Below are positions 50,398 to 62,975 of a stretch of DNA of 64,000 nt, in pieces; the stretch's first letter is position 1, and every line of letters begins with the position of its first letter. Under the pieces are notes generated by a model, which saw only the letters and a list, made by a program, of their open reading frames with translations, was not told the origin of the DNA and did not search any database. This DNA comes from Ginglymostoma cirratum (taxonomy: Eukaryota). The position numbers were made by a program, and so were the translations under genes. Where the stretch lies: assembly GCA_024137785.1 (NCBI GenBank), contig JAHRHZ010000088.1, forward strand, positions 9,382,064 through 9,446,063, in the 5' to 3' direction.

Positions 50398-52114
50398 GTA
50401 AAATGTTTCTTTTGATTGGTGAGTGGTGCTTACATTCCAGGAGATGCCTGTATTTATTTGTTATCATCATTTGGCTGTTTGACTATGAAGGGCATTGTAA
50501 TCAACTCTGAACCCGATGTGTGCAAAACTTCTAAAATTTACTAATTCTACACAGTGCAGGATCGAATCTGGTTATAAGGCTCAGTTATTCACTGGACATA
50601 CTCCCAAGCTGTTCAGAAACACCTGAGTGATGACGTGTCTTTTAAGAAAAGACTAGAGCCTGTACTGCTGATGCTGATTGGGGCCTGGGGCCTCACCTGC
50701 TCCTTCTACGAACTATGTTTTAATTTTTATTGCTGCTTTTGTGTATTTTAATAATTCTTTTAAAATTTATACTTTTAACCTACGGTAAAGGAATAAGGTT
50801 ATAAATTTTTTTAAAAGCTTTATGATTGAACACTGAGGGTTATTATTAATTTTGATTAATCCATTTTAAGTTATTTGCTTTCTTAACCAAATAACCATTG
50901 TGTCTCAATTTTCATTATGCCATCCACTTTATAATATTTTGCATGAAACCTGCAGTCTAGGTATACAGAAGAATGCAATTATGTAGCAGAATATAATAAA
51001 GCCATATAGGAAAGATTGGTACGATGTTACTCACATTCTAAAGAAAATAAAATGAATGTCTATAATACCTTGAATGACCTCTAAATGTTCCAAAGCACTT
51101 CAGAGCTAATGAAATATTTTACAGTGTAGCCATTGTGGTACTGTAAAGAAATGTGGTTATCAATTTGTACACAGCAAGGTTTCAGAAACAGTATTGAGAT
51201 TAATAGCTAGGTATGTTTAACGTTTTTAGCAGGGTTAAGTCACATATGCTTATTATGATGCATCATAGTAGCAGAAATGTCTTGTAGTAAGCTATGGGAG
51301 AGGCCAAATTGACTCTGTTTGCTGATTTGAGACTGCAATACATGACATAGATATGGGTACAGCATAGTGTTCTTTGGAGCTTGAGATTCTTGAGTGACCA
51401 GCTATGAAGATCTCTTTTGTCTGATGTTTGGTGAAGGATAAATATTGTTGGGGATACCGGGAGAGCACCTTTTGATCCTTCTTATATCATGCCATTGATC
51501 CATATGTGCACCTTGAGGGCAGACAGGACTTCTGTTTCATAAAGGTTGGTATAATTCTAAACACAACATTATCATAGATTGGTCAAAATCCTGTCGAATT
51601 AGACATTAAAGAATTTCCTATTTGCATTTCTAGATTCAAAATTGGAAATAATCAAGAACAAATGAGATGATTAAAGTGCATTATAAACATTGTAACCTTG
51701 TATTTAGTTTGTTTTTAATGCTATCTCAAGCTAGTTTTGGGCAATACAAAAAATAATCCTAAACAGCTTTCCAGAATAAAATGGTGATGTGAAGAAATGG
51801 TGTTGTTCTGTTTCACTAGTGGAACAATAATGGTTGTCACAGCGACGAAGCTTCACACTGTGTCTTCTTTATAGTGTTGCTTTGTTTGCATAGCTCAAAA
51901 GACAGCACGATACTCTTCTTTTGAGGTTTGCATCCCACCATGCAAAACATGTCATTGTTTTATTCTTATTGCTGTAGAACGTTATTGATGGTGACAGCGT
52001 GACAGCTCTACCTAAAGAAAAAACTTGTGTTTTCCTGACTTGCTAAAGAATTTAATCTCGGCCTAAGATTTTTTTCTTGTTTGGTAACTTTTAAAATTTT
52101 AATTAATTTTTCAG

Positions 52115-52230
52115 TTGCTCGACAAATAAAATCACTGTCAACCATTCTATCCCTTTATCGTGGCAATGATGGAGAATCTGGAGGAAGTAAAAACTGCTAT
52201 GGAAAAAAGGCAGCTCACACTTATATATTG
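52115..52230 (+). CDS. MTG2: MTG2 coding exon 3
   Basis: (V)ARQIKSLSTILSLYRGNDGESGGSKNCYGKKAAHTYIL; CAG acceptor, GTGGGT donor; 116 nt, phases fit both neighbours. Confidence 0.95.
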
Positions 52231-52307
52231 GTGGGTAGCTAAAAGTTCTCAATATTTAGAATTTTTGAGGTTTTATTGGCTAAATTAAATTGTTGTAATG
52301 GTCTCAG

Positions 52308-52526
52308 GTGCCACTTGGTACTGTGGTCAAAGAAGATGGGAAGATTGTGGCTGATCTCTCATCTCATGGAGAAGAATATGTTGTTGCCTATGGGGGACTT
52401 GGTGGCAAGGGCAATCGTTTCTTTCTGTCAAATGAAAATCGGGCACCAATGACCGCAACCCCTGGGGAGCTTGGTCAGGAACGGGTCTTGCAGCTGGAGG
52501 TCAGGACCATGGCTCATGCTGGGATG
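52308..52526 (+). CDS. MTG2: MTG2 coding exon 4
   Basis: VPLGTVVKEDGKIVADL...GGLGGKGNRFFLSNENRAP...LEVRTMAHAGM; CAG / GTATGT; 219 nt. Confidence 0.97.
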
Positions 52527-54368
52527 GTATGTAAAGATGCAAGCTATTCTTTGCCAATTTTTAACAATGCAGCACAATGCTGTGACTGGAAGTATATTGG
52601 TTAACCATGGAAAGCTATACTTTGTGCAACTTTGTTTCACATCTGAAGCATGGCTGTTTGACCTGTGTCTGATTTCTCATTCAAAGTATTCATCATGTGG
52701 GCAAAAGTTCAGATGTACTTTATCGTGACTAATGAAATGAAACTGTGTCTACCCTGCATTATCTTATTGAAAGCATTCTTTTTAATGATGCCTGAAAGTC
52801 CTATGACTTCCATTCAACATGATTTGCCAATGAATCAATGCATTTGCACTTGATACTAATAACTTGAATAATGTCAGTACTGAGTGTTTTAATTGGAAAG
52901 GCATTTTTGTTGGGAAGTTACTGACAAATGTAACTTAAAAAATTACCTGTTTCACATTTTCCTTCAGCATCATCTCCAGTACCTGAGAGAACAGGATGAC
53001 TCCTACCCTGAGTCCTTAATTAACTGTTAGAAATTGACCAAGAGCAGCCAATAGCTTATCCCTTCCGAATTCCCCCTACTGCTCATCTTTTTCTTTTGCA
53101 TCAAGCTGTTTATATATTGGTTGACAAATGTCATACCTTTTAAACAAACCATTAATATTTTTAATCATTGTTATCTCTGTGCTGCACTAGATAAGCAGAT
53201 TCAAAGTGGAAACCAGTAAGAGATTGGCTGAGTGATGAGTAATTTATAATGACTTAGCTCATCACCTACTTCATGGTGGAATAAATTAATGCAAAAATTT
53301 GCATTTATATAGCACTATTCGAGACTTCCTAAACCACTTTAAAGTCAATTGTGTGCAAGCACAGTTGCTGATATGAAGAAACGTGGGAGTCGATTTAAAT
53401 TTCCACAAATGCAATGAGATAAAAGACAAGATAATCAGGTTTTCATTTTAAAGTGATATTAATTGCAATAAACTGCTTAACAGAATTGTGTCTATTCTTG
53501 ATGGATCTGTTTGAAATTATAAGCATCACTTATCACCATCAAGAGATATTTGCACCACTGAGGCCAGCAGAGTATAGCCATAGTCTTGTCAGATGGTGTG
53601 GTTGCCATAGCACCAACACCAATGAGAAGGGAGCTATCTGATTCTCTATGGTAGTTTTCATTGAATGACAGCTCAAAAAGCCAATCCTACAAAACCAGCA
53701 GCTGAAGTGACAAGCAGTGATACTAGGCTTTTGGCTTCTTTTCTTAGTTTGCGACATGAGGACAGTTGGAGTGAAACAGCAAGACAGACAAAAGGGTCTT
53801 GCTTTTCTTTTAACCATAACAAGGCTGTCAGAAACCCTAGACTGAATCATTAATGTACAGTATATGGCATGTAATTTGTTAATTTGATATTTATGCAGAA
53901 TCTTGGGAAATAGTTAAACCTGCTACACAAACGGTAACCTGACTATTCATGTCTTTAATTCAAAATTGCCAGCTTGTTGGTTTGTAATTATCCCCATCAC
54001 ATTAGATTGCTTAGTTCTCTCATACGGAATGTAGGAGCAATCAGTATGGGAGTGTGTCTGAAATCAGTCAGGGAACAGCCTTAGGCTGACTGGGAAGAGT
54101 CTTAGTAACTAAGTTTGGCTTTTGATGAGCGAAGTAAGAAGATTGAAGTGGAACAGGTTTTACCAAGATTACTTTGTTTTGACCACATTGCCGTAGCAAA
54201 GACTTTTTTACAGGATTTATTTTCAATATTTATTGAAACCATTGGCTGCTGTTATCTTTTGAATTGCTTTGTTTAAAACTTTTTATTTTAAAAAATTGAT
54301 TAAATGCATTTATTTTGGTCCAGCATCACTTGACAAGAAAATTTAACCTTATTTTCTATTGTGGTAAG

Positions 54369-54507
54369 GTTGGTTTTCCCAATGCTGGAAAATCCTCTCT
54401 TCTGCGAGCAATCTCAAATGCCCGGCCAGCAGTAGCAGATTACCCATTTACTACATTAAACCCTCATGTTGGTGTGGTACACTATCAAGACTTTGAGCAG
54501 ATTGCAG
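54369..54507 (+). CDS. MTG2: MTG2 coding exon 5 (G1 and G2 motifs)
   Basis: [35 protein letters not shown]; AAG acceptor, GTAAAT donor; 139 nt. Confidence 0.97.
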
Positions 54508-54929
54508 GTAAATCATGCTGTTACAAGCGCATTTTTACATTGCTTGTTTTCTGTTTGAAATTGACATAAAATTGAGTTGCTACCTTGAAAGTTTAATAGT
54601 GCCTTTTCCTCCTCTTAAGAAATAAGTCTGATAGTTGTCTATATTTTTGGGGAGAAGTGCTTCTAACCCAGGATTTGTATTTTGGATTCCATTATCTTTT
54701 CACCTATATCTGCTCTGCTGCTGCCTTCTTGAATGCTGGACTTTTTGGCGGGGTATGTTTGTGCAGTTACCAGTTGCTGTTTTGTAACTTGCTTACAAGA
54801 CAGTGTTTTGCATGTGAGCCTTCACGAGCAAGTTAGAACAAAAAAGTTATAGCTTTGATCAGTTTCAAACATCATTTCAACCTTTTGATGAAGGTGGGAC
54901 CCTCTATTCACTTTTTCTGTTCACCCCAA

Positions 54930-55160
54930 TAATAAAAGCAAAATACCGTGCATGCTGGACATCTGAAACAAACACCGAGAAATCTGAAGAAATTCAGCAT
55001 GTCTGGAAATGTTTGTGTGGAGAGAGACAGAGTTAATGTTTCGAGTCTGATTTGACTCCTCAGTTCTGAAGAAGTTATTATCAGACTCATTGTCAATTCT
55101 GTTTTTCTCTCCACAGATTTTGCCAGATCTGCAGAGTTTCTCCAGCAGGTTTTGTGTTAT
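54930..55160. mobile_element. Palindromic Penelope-type element with two back-to-back degenerate hammerheads (last MTG2 intron)
   Basis: Minus strand CTGAGGAGTCAAATCAGACTCGAAACATTA; plus strand CTGAAGAAGTTATTATCAGACTC; inverted arms. Confidence 0.75.
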
Positions 55161-55818
55161 AACTACCACCTTGATCTTAAAAAGAGTGCTACAGTTTGGT
55201 TTCCTTTCCAACAACAGAACTAAAATCAACCCAATGAAAATACTGATGATCTGTGTATCAGGCATAGAGGACATGGTTTACTTCTCAGCTGCTCCACAAT
55301 GTTGAATAACTAACCAGTCATTAAGGGTCCGTTTCTGTGCGGTATGACTCTATAAATGCCTTAACTGTTCAGGTTTTACCAAAAGGCATTTTTCAAGACT
55401 ATAATCAGACAAAATAGAATTGACTCTAAGCGAAAGAAAGAGGAAGAGATTAGAAGAAACAAGGTGACCAAAACATACAATCAAAAAGTAGGTTTTTAAG
55501 CACTGTAGTGGGATGCAACAAGAGAGAGGTTTAGGGCTGAGATGGCTGAAGGAACGACTGCTAGTAGTGGGCTGAAGAAAGTAGACAATTTGGAAGAGTT
55601 TTACAGTTTAAAAAAAAAAGGTAATCTTTCAGGGCTGGTGTATTTTTTTTAACAGTTTGAACAAAACATGTCTCCAACAAAGGTTTTATTGCTTTAAAAT
55701 CCATTATGTCTATGCCTATATCGGTTGTATTTTAAAATAAGGGACAAGATTTCTTATACATCTTTTTTACATCACAAACTAACTGTAATTGCTGTAATTG
55801 TGCATTTCTTTTCTGCAG

Positions 55819-56216
55819 TTGCAGATATCCCAGGAATCATCAGAGGGGCTCACAGAAACAAGGGCCTAGGAATTGCTTTCCTGAGACACATTGAACGTTG
55901 CCGCTTTCTACTGTTTGTGCTCGATCTTTCAAAGCCAGAACCTTGGCAGCAGCTGGAAGATTTGAAGCATGAACTCGAGCAATATGATAGAGGATTATCA
56001 GAGAGACCATTTTGTATCATTGGGAACAAAATAGACCTTCCAGAGTCCAAAACCAACCTTGTGCTGTTTCGAGAAAAATTAAGGCAGCATGTAATAATTC
56101 CAGTATCGGCACTAACTGGTGCAAATGTTGAAGAACTTATATTGCATCTCAGGGAACTTTATGATGGATACCTGGAGGATGCCCGAATTAAAGGCTGCAT
56201 GCCAGTCAAGTGGTAA
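55819..56216 (+). CDS. MTG2: MTG2 last coding exon (G3 DIPG, G4 NKID, G5 SAL); spliced CDS 1149 nt = 382 aa
   Basis: (V)ADIPGIIRGAHRNKGLGIAFLRHIERCRFLLFVLD...GNKIDLP...PVSALTGAN...PVKW*; six exons join in frame. Confidence 0.97.
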
Positions 56217-56244
56217 AATTATACTTGGGGAAATATAGCTTCAA

Positions 56245-56258
56245 AATAAATTATTAAA
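56245..56258 (+). terminator. Candidate proximal MTG2 poly(A) signals AATAAA and ATTAAA
   Basis: About 30 nt after the stop, followed by GU/U-rich TTGTGTGATTTCTTTTGTT. Confidence 0.45.
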
Positions 56259-57210
56259 CTTGTCAAAAAGTTAAATTGTGTGATTTCTTTTGTTCTGAAC
56301 AGAAAGCGTTGTAGACTTTACGTTCCTTTACTACATTATATCTCTTCAGAACTGCATATTATCATCAGTGCTTTGTTGCAATGGAAATAAGGTTTCTACT
56401 GATGTCTATCTAGCATCCGCAATTCACAAAGAAAATAATCCTGATTTATTCACATACAGAAAGGATTGTTTTTTAAAAAACAAACTGGATAATTTATAGC
56501 ATGACATTCAGAAGTGAAGCATGATTGGAAAGAACAGGTGAATTTGTCCATTGGTTCGCAAAGCTCTCCACCATTGTTGAGATGGGTGTTGCGGGGGTGG
56601 AGTGGTGTTTTCCTTATCTCATGCTTCTGTTTGTTTGAGATAGAGATTAATCGCTTTGATTAGATAAAATCTGAAATTTTGCCACATAATGTAACCACCA
56701 GGAGGGTAAAAGGTGAACTAGATGGACTTGGGCTTTTTTTGCATCTAGCAATTCTTGTATTTCTATGTGTCTTACAGGTTTTGTAAATTATTTTTGGTTC
56801 ATTGTACATCTGGTTTTTAATACTCTTAGCATGTCTTTTAAAACAGCATTGCAGACAATGAATTGGTTTTAAGTGCAGTCATTGTAATGTAGGAAGGTAA
56901 GGCAGTCATCTTCAGCACAGAAATTTCTCACAAATTGTAATGAGATAAAAGACATTTAATCTGTTTATTTCATTCACTGATATTTAAGAAAATATTGTTT
57001 CATTTTAGCCACTCTCTCGGATAACTTTTAGGCAATGTAGAAAAGTATGAAGATACTTATTCAAATTTCCAACACTGAGTTAGTTTGTTTTTGGTTAAAG
57101 TGGAATGTCAGTTCTTAGGGTGCTTTTTTTTTATTTGCAAAGGTAAGTTGTGATCTGTCAGAGACCAACAGTGATGGAGTGAGTTTGAGGCAGGGAATAT
57201 CTACTATACA

Positions 57211-57400
57211 CTAAAAACAAAAAACTGAATACTGGAGATCTGAAATAAAGAGTGCTGGAGAAACTCGTCTGGCAGTATCTGCAGAGCGAGAAACCGAGTT
57301 AATGTTTTGAGTCCTATATGATTTTATGACTTCGCAACATATTGGATTCAAAATTTTACCTGTATTTCTCTCTGCACAGACTGTGCTGGATCTAAGTTTC
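57211..57400. mobile_element. Decayed palindromic Penelope-type element
   Basis: AGTGCTGGAGAAACTC...GGCAGTATCTGCAGAGCGAGAAACCGAGTTAATGTTTTGAGTC, with an inverted arm TTTCTCTCTGCACAGAC. Confidence 0.65.
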
Positions 57401-58699
57401 TCCATGATGACCTTATTTAATACAGTGTACGTTTGCTGGCTGGAGCTCAACTTTTCAGAGATTGGTCTGTGCACTTACACATGAAGCTCTTCACCTTGAA
57501 ACTTGTATTGACTTGAGTTAGATGTGTTTTTATTGTTTTATCATTTATTCCAACATTTAATTGTAAATGCCCGATACGTCTGAGGATTCCTTGAGATGGT
57601 TTTAAAGTTTATTTAGGCAAGGCACTGGAATCATACCTGATTTGTGTCACGTTCAAGTGGTGTGTAAACTCCTGCTCCAACAAGTCTCACTTCACTTCTC
57701 ATGTGACCTACTGGGGCCTGACTCAGATTTTGCGCTGAATATTTAGCATTGCAGTGATTTGTAAAGAGTTGAAAGTATCCTTAAAATAGTTTGGAAAACA
57801 GATAATGTTTTAAGGTTTTATTATCAGTTTGGACAGCTTGTGTAAATTGTACAATTTGGCATGTTGCAAACATAAAAGAAGTGAATGAACTTAAGCAAAC
57901 CATGATGAAGAATTTGATCAAAAGCATTAATAAGCTGTTTAAATTGAAAGTTTACTGGAATCAGAATGTTGCAGTACTGAGGGAAGCTGCTTTTTTGGAT
58001 GTGCGAAAAGGTAATTAATCCAATATCCCCATCGTTTCCATATGATCACCTGCAAATGTTTCCTTCTGAAGAATATTGAACTCCCTGCTGAAAGTTTATA
58101 TCAAATCAGCCTCAATTACTCTTTCAGCCAGTACATTCCAAATTCTAACTTTGTCCTTTTTTGTTTCAAAAAAAGCCCCTCATTTTGTTCTGCCAATTAC
58201 CTTAACTGTGTGTACCCTGGTTCCTGACCAAGCTTGTCAGTGGGAAGAATCTATTTATTTGCAAAATCTGTCATTTAGGATATCACTTAGCTGTCTTGGT
58301 TGTCAAGAGAACAATCTCAGCCTCGCTGGTCACATCATGTAACTGAATTCCCTCAGCTCTCATGTAATTATGGTAAATGTCTCATTCCCTCACATTCTCT
58401 TTAAAGTGTGATGCCAGAATTGAACACAGTGCTCGAGCTAAGAAGGTATAACCTCTGATTTATGAAGGTGCATCATAATTACCTTTTGGCTTTCTACCTC
58501 TATATAAAGCCAAGGATCCCAAATGCATGTTTTAACATGGCCTTTGTCAAATTACCCTGCCATCTTCAAAGGTGAACCCTTTGAACCCTCTGGGCTCTTC
58601 CTGCACCCGCTGTAAAATTATAAACACTTAATTTCTGTTGCCTAACCACATTCTTCCTTTTCTACTTCACACTTCTCACCATTATGCTTTATTCCGTGG

Positions 58700-58832
58700 C
58701 TCTAAAGAAGGGTTACTGAACACAAAACGTTATCTCCTGCTTTCTCTGCACAGATGCTGCTAGACCTGCTGAGTTTTCCCAGCAATTTCAGTTTTTATAT
58801 CTGATTTTCAGCATCTGCAGTTCTTTTATTCA
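58700..58832 (+). mobile_element. Penelope-type element with degenerate hammerhead, inside an old minus-strand CR1 remnant (~57960-58900)
   Basis: CTAAAGAAGGGTTACTGAACACAAAACGTTA...CAGATGCTGCTAGACCTGCTGAGTTTTCCCAGC. Confidence 0.7.
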
Positions 58833-58979
58833 AAAAATGTTTTACTTGTCCACTTTGCCCAGCTTGGCTTTCATCTCAGAATCAGTCCTTCCCACTTTTT
58901 ATCATTTTTCCAAGTCTTGGATCAAGTGTGCACTAAAAGTGTAAATTGTAATCCCAACACCAGGAACAGTGTTGTAATC

Positions 58980-59375
58980 TCCCCTATGGCTCAGTTGGTA
59001 GCACTGTCATGCATTAAGTCTTCTCCCAGAGACTTGAGCACAAGAATCTGGTTTGACTTGCAGCTGAAGGAGTGCTGCACTGTTGGGGGATGCTATCTTT
59101 TAGATGAAATGTTAAACAGATGAGTGTGCACGTTTAGGTGGTGTAAAATATTCCATGGTATTATTTTGAAGAAAAGCAAGGGAGCTCGATGTGTTCTCCT
59201 GGCCAATATTTCTCCCCCAGTCAACCATTAGAAACTGTTTCAGAGCATTTTGCTGTTAGTAAAAGCTTGCTGTTTGTAAATGGTTACTATTTTTAGTATA
59301 ACTTCTAAAATACTTTATTGGCTTCTAGTATATTGGGATATCCTTGGGTCATGAGGGCGCCTATATAAACACAGA
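58980..59375 (+). mobile_element. Deu-domain SINE (SacSINE1/AmnSINE1-like)
   Basis: tRNA-like head TGGCTCAGTTGGTAGC; Deu-like core TTCCATGGTATTATTTTGAAGAAAAGCAAGGG...CCTGGCCAATATTT; L2-type tail GGCGCCTATATAAA. Confidence 0.7.
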
Positions 59376-61299
59376 TATTCTTCTTACCTCATTCTGTCTG
59401 ACTTAATGTATATCTCTATCTAATGCCACCGACCTTTTATAATTCAATGGATTTCAATTTTGAAATGCCAAGGCCCATCATTGTAAGAGCACAACCAAGT
59501 TTGGAGAACGTGCATAAAGCAGTCAAAATAAATGTATAAGCACTAGTTGAAGCTAAGAGTGTAAGAGACTTTTAGAAATATAATCAGTAATATCAAATGT
59601 AACAGGAAACATTGGTACCTTCTCCAAAAATGTAGAGCCTTGTGGAATAAACATTTCATAAAAATATGAAAGCATCATGAAGATATAAAGGGATTTAAAT
59701 AAAACATGACATGCGTGTATGTAAGATTTAACATGCCATATGTAATACCGCATTGTTACGACTTAATGGGATCCGTTTGTAACAAAAAACTCATAAATGT
59801 TTATTAGCTTGTATCGATCTTATAACATGGTTTGACGTTGCGTTCGTTTTGCCATGTTTACAGTTACTATAGTGGCACATGTATCAACAGTCAAAAGTAA
59901 GGGGTGGGTTAATGTCCCTTGAGTTCCCCCCACCTCCCCCGAGCTAGGCAAATATTACCTCCTTGGGCTAGAAGAATAGGGCGTGACGCTGGGGAGATGT
60001 TCAATGAGAAGATCCGAGATGAGGGTAACTCACCATGCTCACTGACAGGTCAGATGACAGTATTATTGATGCAAACAAAGGGAAGCAGATGCTGCCTTTA
60101 CCCCGGGTGGCAGGGATCAAGCTATGCTTGGCCGTGACAGAAGAACTTGGAAGCTGTGCCCAGCCGTGCCATTCCAACAATAACCAGGTAAAGGAATCGA
60201 ATTTTTTTTAAAAAAAACTGGCTTATACGGTCTTCTTATTCACAATTGGATTTTACTGTCTCCTAATACCTGCTCACAAATTCAGACCTAAAGACTAATT
60301 TAGTTTCTGGATTTGTTCACATTGGTGCATCACCGGAGGTTACAGCACGCAATGCAGAGATGAAATCATTCAATCGAGACAGCTTGAAATCAGCAAAATC
60401 TCTTCGCCCTGGTATAATTATAGATCTTGTGAATGAATATATATTTTTTCATATTTTAACTATTCAGTTTGTTGATTTTCGAAATGGACTTTAATTTTTT
60501 TGCTTCGAATTGTTCTATTTTTACTTAGAAGTGAGACTATTATGAAAAAAATAAGTAGCAATTTTTTTAAAATTCCAGAAGGGGGAAGAGTAGGGCTTCT
60601 TTCTTTTGTCACAATGACATATTTTAGTGAGACAACCAGGAGAGTAATTGATTTATTGTAGCAAACAATTTATCATTTAGATATCAACATGTTCCTTGCC
60701 TCTGGGACTTTTCATGCAAAATTACAATATTCAGCAAATTATGTTAAATGTGATACGTGTAAAGATTCAGTGAATTTGTTTTGAGGCATTGCAAACTTGT
60801 CTCGGCGTAACTTTGGCTTTTGCAGTGGGAATGCTGGTAAAGCTATCGGCATTTGCCGCTTACTCCACCAAAACTGACAGCTACTTTGGGAATCCAGCAG
60901 TGTGCAGATTGACATGGTAACCCAGGCATTGTTGTCAGTAATGTTGCGCGTTTCCACAGCGAGGTTTCCCACCATAAATACCATGCTTGATACCATCCAT
61001 GAGCAGTGAATGAATTGGTATGAAGTTCAATTTTTTGTCAATCACACTGTAAAACGCTTGAAAATGTGACTCTTAAGTATTATGAAGCTGGGTTATAGCA
61101 GGCGTACTGTTATGCTCTTGGTAGATTATTTCTTTTTATTTTTAATTTTGAAATCTAAAACTCCGGGATTGACGAAATGAATGAAGTCACAAGATTCGTT
61201 GTTTAAAACAAAAGAATTTTATGACACAAAAATCAAAGAAAGTGAATACTATTTACGCACTCTATTTTAAACAGTCAGTTATAGTAAAGATAACTAAGA

Positions 61300-62975
61300 A
61301 AAAGGATACTGAATGCAGAATCTTCCCAGCCCCTGAACAACATGGCAACTCCACCAGAGGTCCTATAGCTTCACACATGCCAGTCTTCAGCCAATTCAAT
61401 TCACTCCAAATGGTGTCAAGAAAAAGTTGGATACTACAAATGCTTTCAGCTCTGACAACATGGTAGCAATAGTACTGAACACAAGTGCTCCAGAATTTGC
61501 CACTGCCCTAGCCAAGATCTTCCAGAACAGCTACAACATTTACCCGACCATGTGAAAAATTGCCCACATATATCCTGTATGCAAAAAGCAGGCCAAATCC
61601 AACCCAACCAATTACCACCCCATCAGTCTACTCTCGATCATCAATAAAGTGATGAAAGGTGTCATCAACAGTGTTATCAAGCAGCACCTGCTCAGTGACA
61701 CCCAGTTAGAGTTCTGCCAAGATCACTATGCTCCTGACCTCATTCTGGCCTTGGGTCAAACATGGACAAAACAGCTGAATTCCAGAGGTGAGGTGAAAGT
61801 GACTGCGCTTGACATCTATTTGTCCATATGTGGTATCAAAGAGCCCTGAACAAAACTAGAATGAATGGGAATCAGGAGAAATTTGTTAGAGTCATACCTG
61901 GAATATTGGAAGATGGTCATGGTTTTTGAAGGTCAATCATCTCAACTCCAGGACGTCTCTGCAGAGGTTTCTCAAAGGACTGCCTGAGACCCAATCATTT
62001 TCAGTTGTTTCATTAATGCCCTTCTCCCCATCATGAGGTCAGAAGTGGGGATGTTCACTGAAGATGGCACAATGTTCAACACCATTTATCTTTAATGGAA
62101 TGTCCTCCAGAGAGCAAAGCATGGAGCTGTCACCAACTGAGGGCATTCCAAAACACTTTGACACTGAAATCCTCAGATACTGAGCCAGGCTATATCCAAA
62201 TGCAACAAACCCTGGACAATATCCAGGTTTGGGCTGACAAGTGGCAAGTAATTTTTGTGCCACACAATGACCAATTCCAATAAGTGATGACATTACTATC
62301 TCTAAATATCTCACAATCAACAGGTTTACCACTGACTGGAAACTTAGCTGGATTGGCTGTGTAAATAGTATAGTTTTAAGAGTAGGTCAGAGGCTAAGAA
62401 TCTTGCAGGAAATAACTCACCTCCTGATTTTCCAAAGCCTGTCCGTCAGTTACAAGGCATCATTCAGGAGTGTAATTGAATACTCCTCAGTTGCCTGGAT
62501 GAGTGCAGCCCCAACAACACTCAAGAGGCTTGACACCATCCAGGGCAAAGCAGCCTGATTGATTGCCATCACATCCACAAACATTCTCCCGCTCTACCAT
62601 TGATGCACAGTAGCAGCAGTGTGTACTATCTAAAGATGCACAACACAAATTCATCAAGGTTGTTTTATGTAGCACCTTCCAAACCCCATGACTGCTACCA
62701 TCTTGAAGGAGAACAGCAGCAGATACATAGTAGCACCATAACGTGCAAAATCCCCTCCAAGCCATTCACCATCCTGACTTGGAAATATATCGCCGTTCCA
62801 GCGCTGTTGCTGGGTGAAATTCCTGGATTTCCCTTCCACGTGGCAAAGTAGATGTATTTACCATTGTGGTTGCAGCAGTTCAAGAAAGGAACTCACTACC
62901 ACCTTCTCAAGGGCAACTAGGAATAGGCAATAAAGGCTGGCCCAATCAACAACACTCACATCTCATTAAAACAAA
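61300..62975 (+). mobile_element. CR1-clade LINE (second family), RT to 3' tail
   Basis: KSNPTNYHPISLLSIINKVMKGVIN, ALDI, GMFTED; tail CACCTTCTCAAGGGCAACTAGGAATAGGCAATAAA. Confidence 0.88.

Noticed and set aside
52527-54368. Possible U12-type intron (TTTAAC near an AAG acceptor)
   Set aside because: The donor is GTATGT, not GTATCCTT, and there is no TCCTTAAC branch site.
55725-55818. N-terminal part of the 163-aa ORF (and read-through tails of ORFs at 50262, 52308, 54315)
   Set aside because: Intronic read-through beyond clear splice sites.
60739-60996. Hydrophobic minus-strand ORF as a possible HRH3 (GPCR) exon
   Set aside because: No class A GPCR motifs (DRY, CWxP, NPxxY) and no convincing splice frame; HRH3 coding sequence was not seen in the window.
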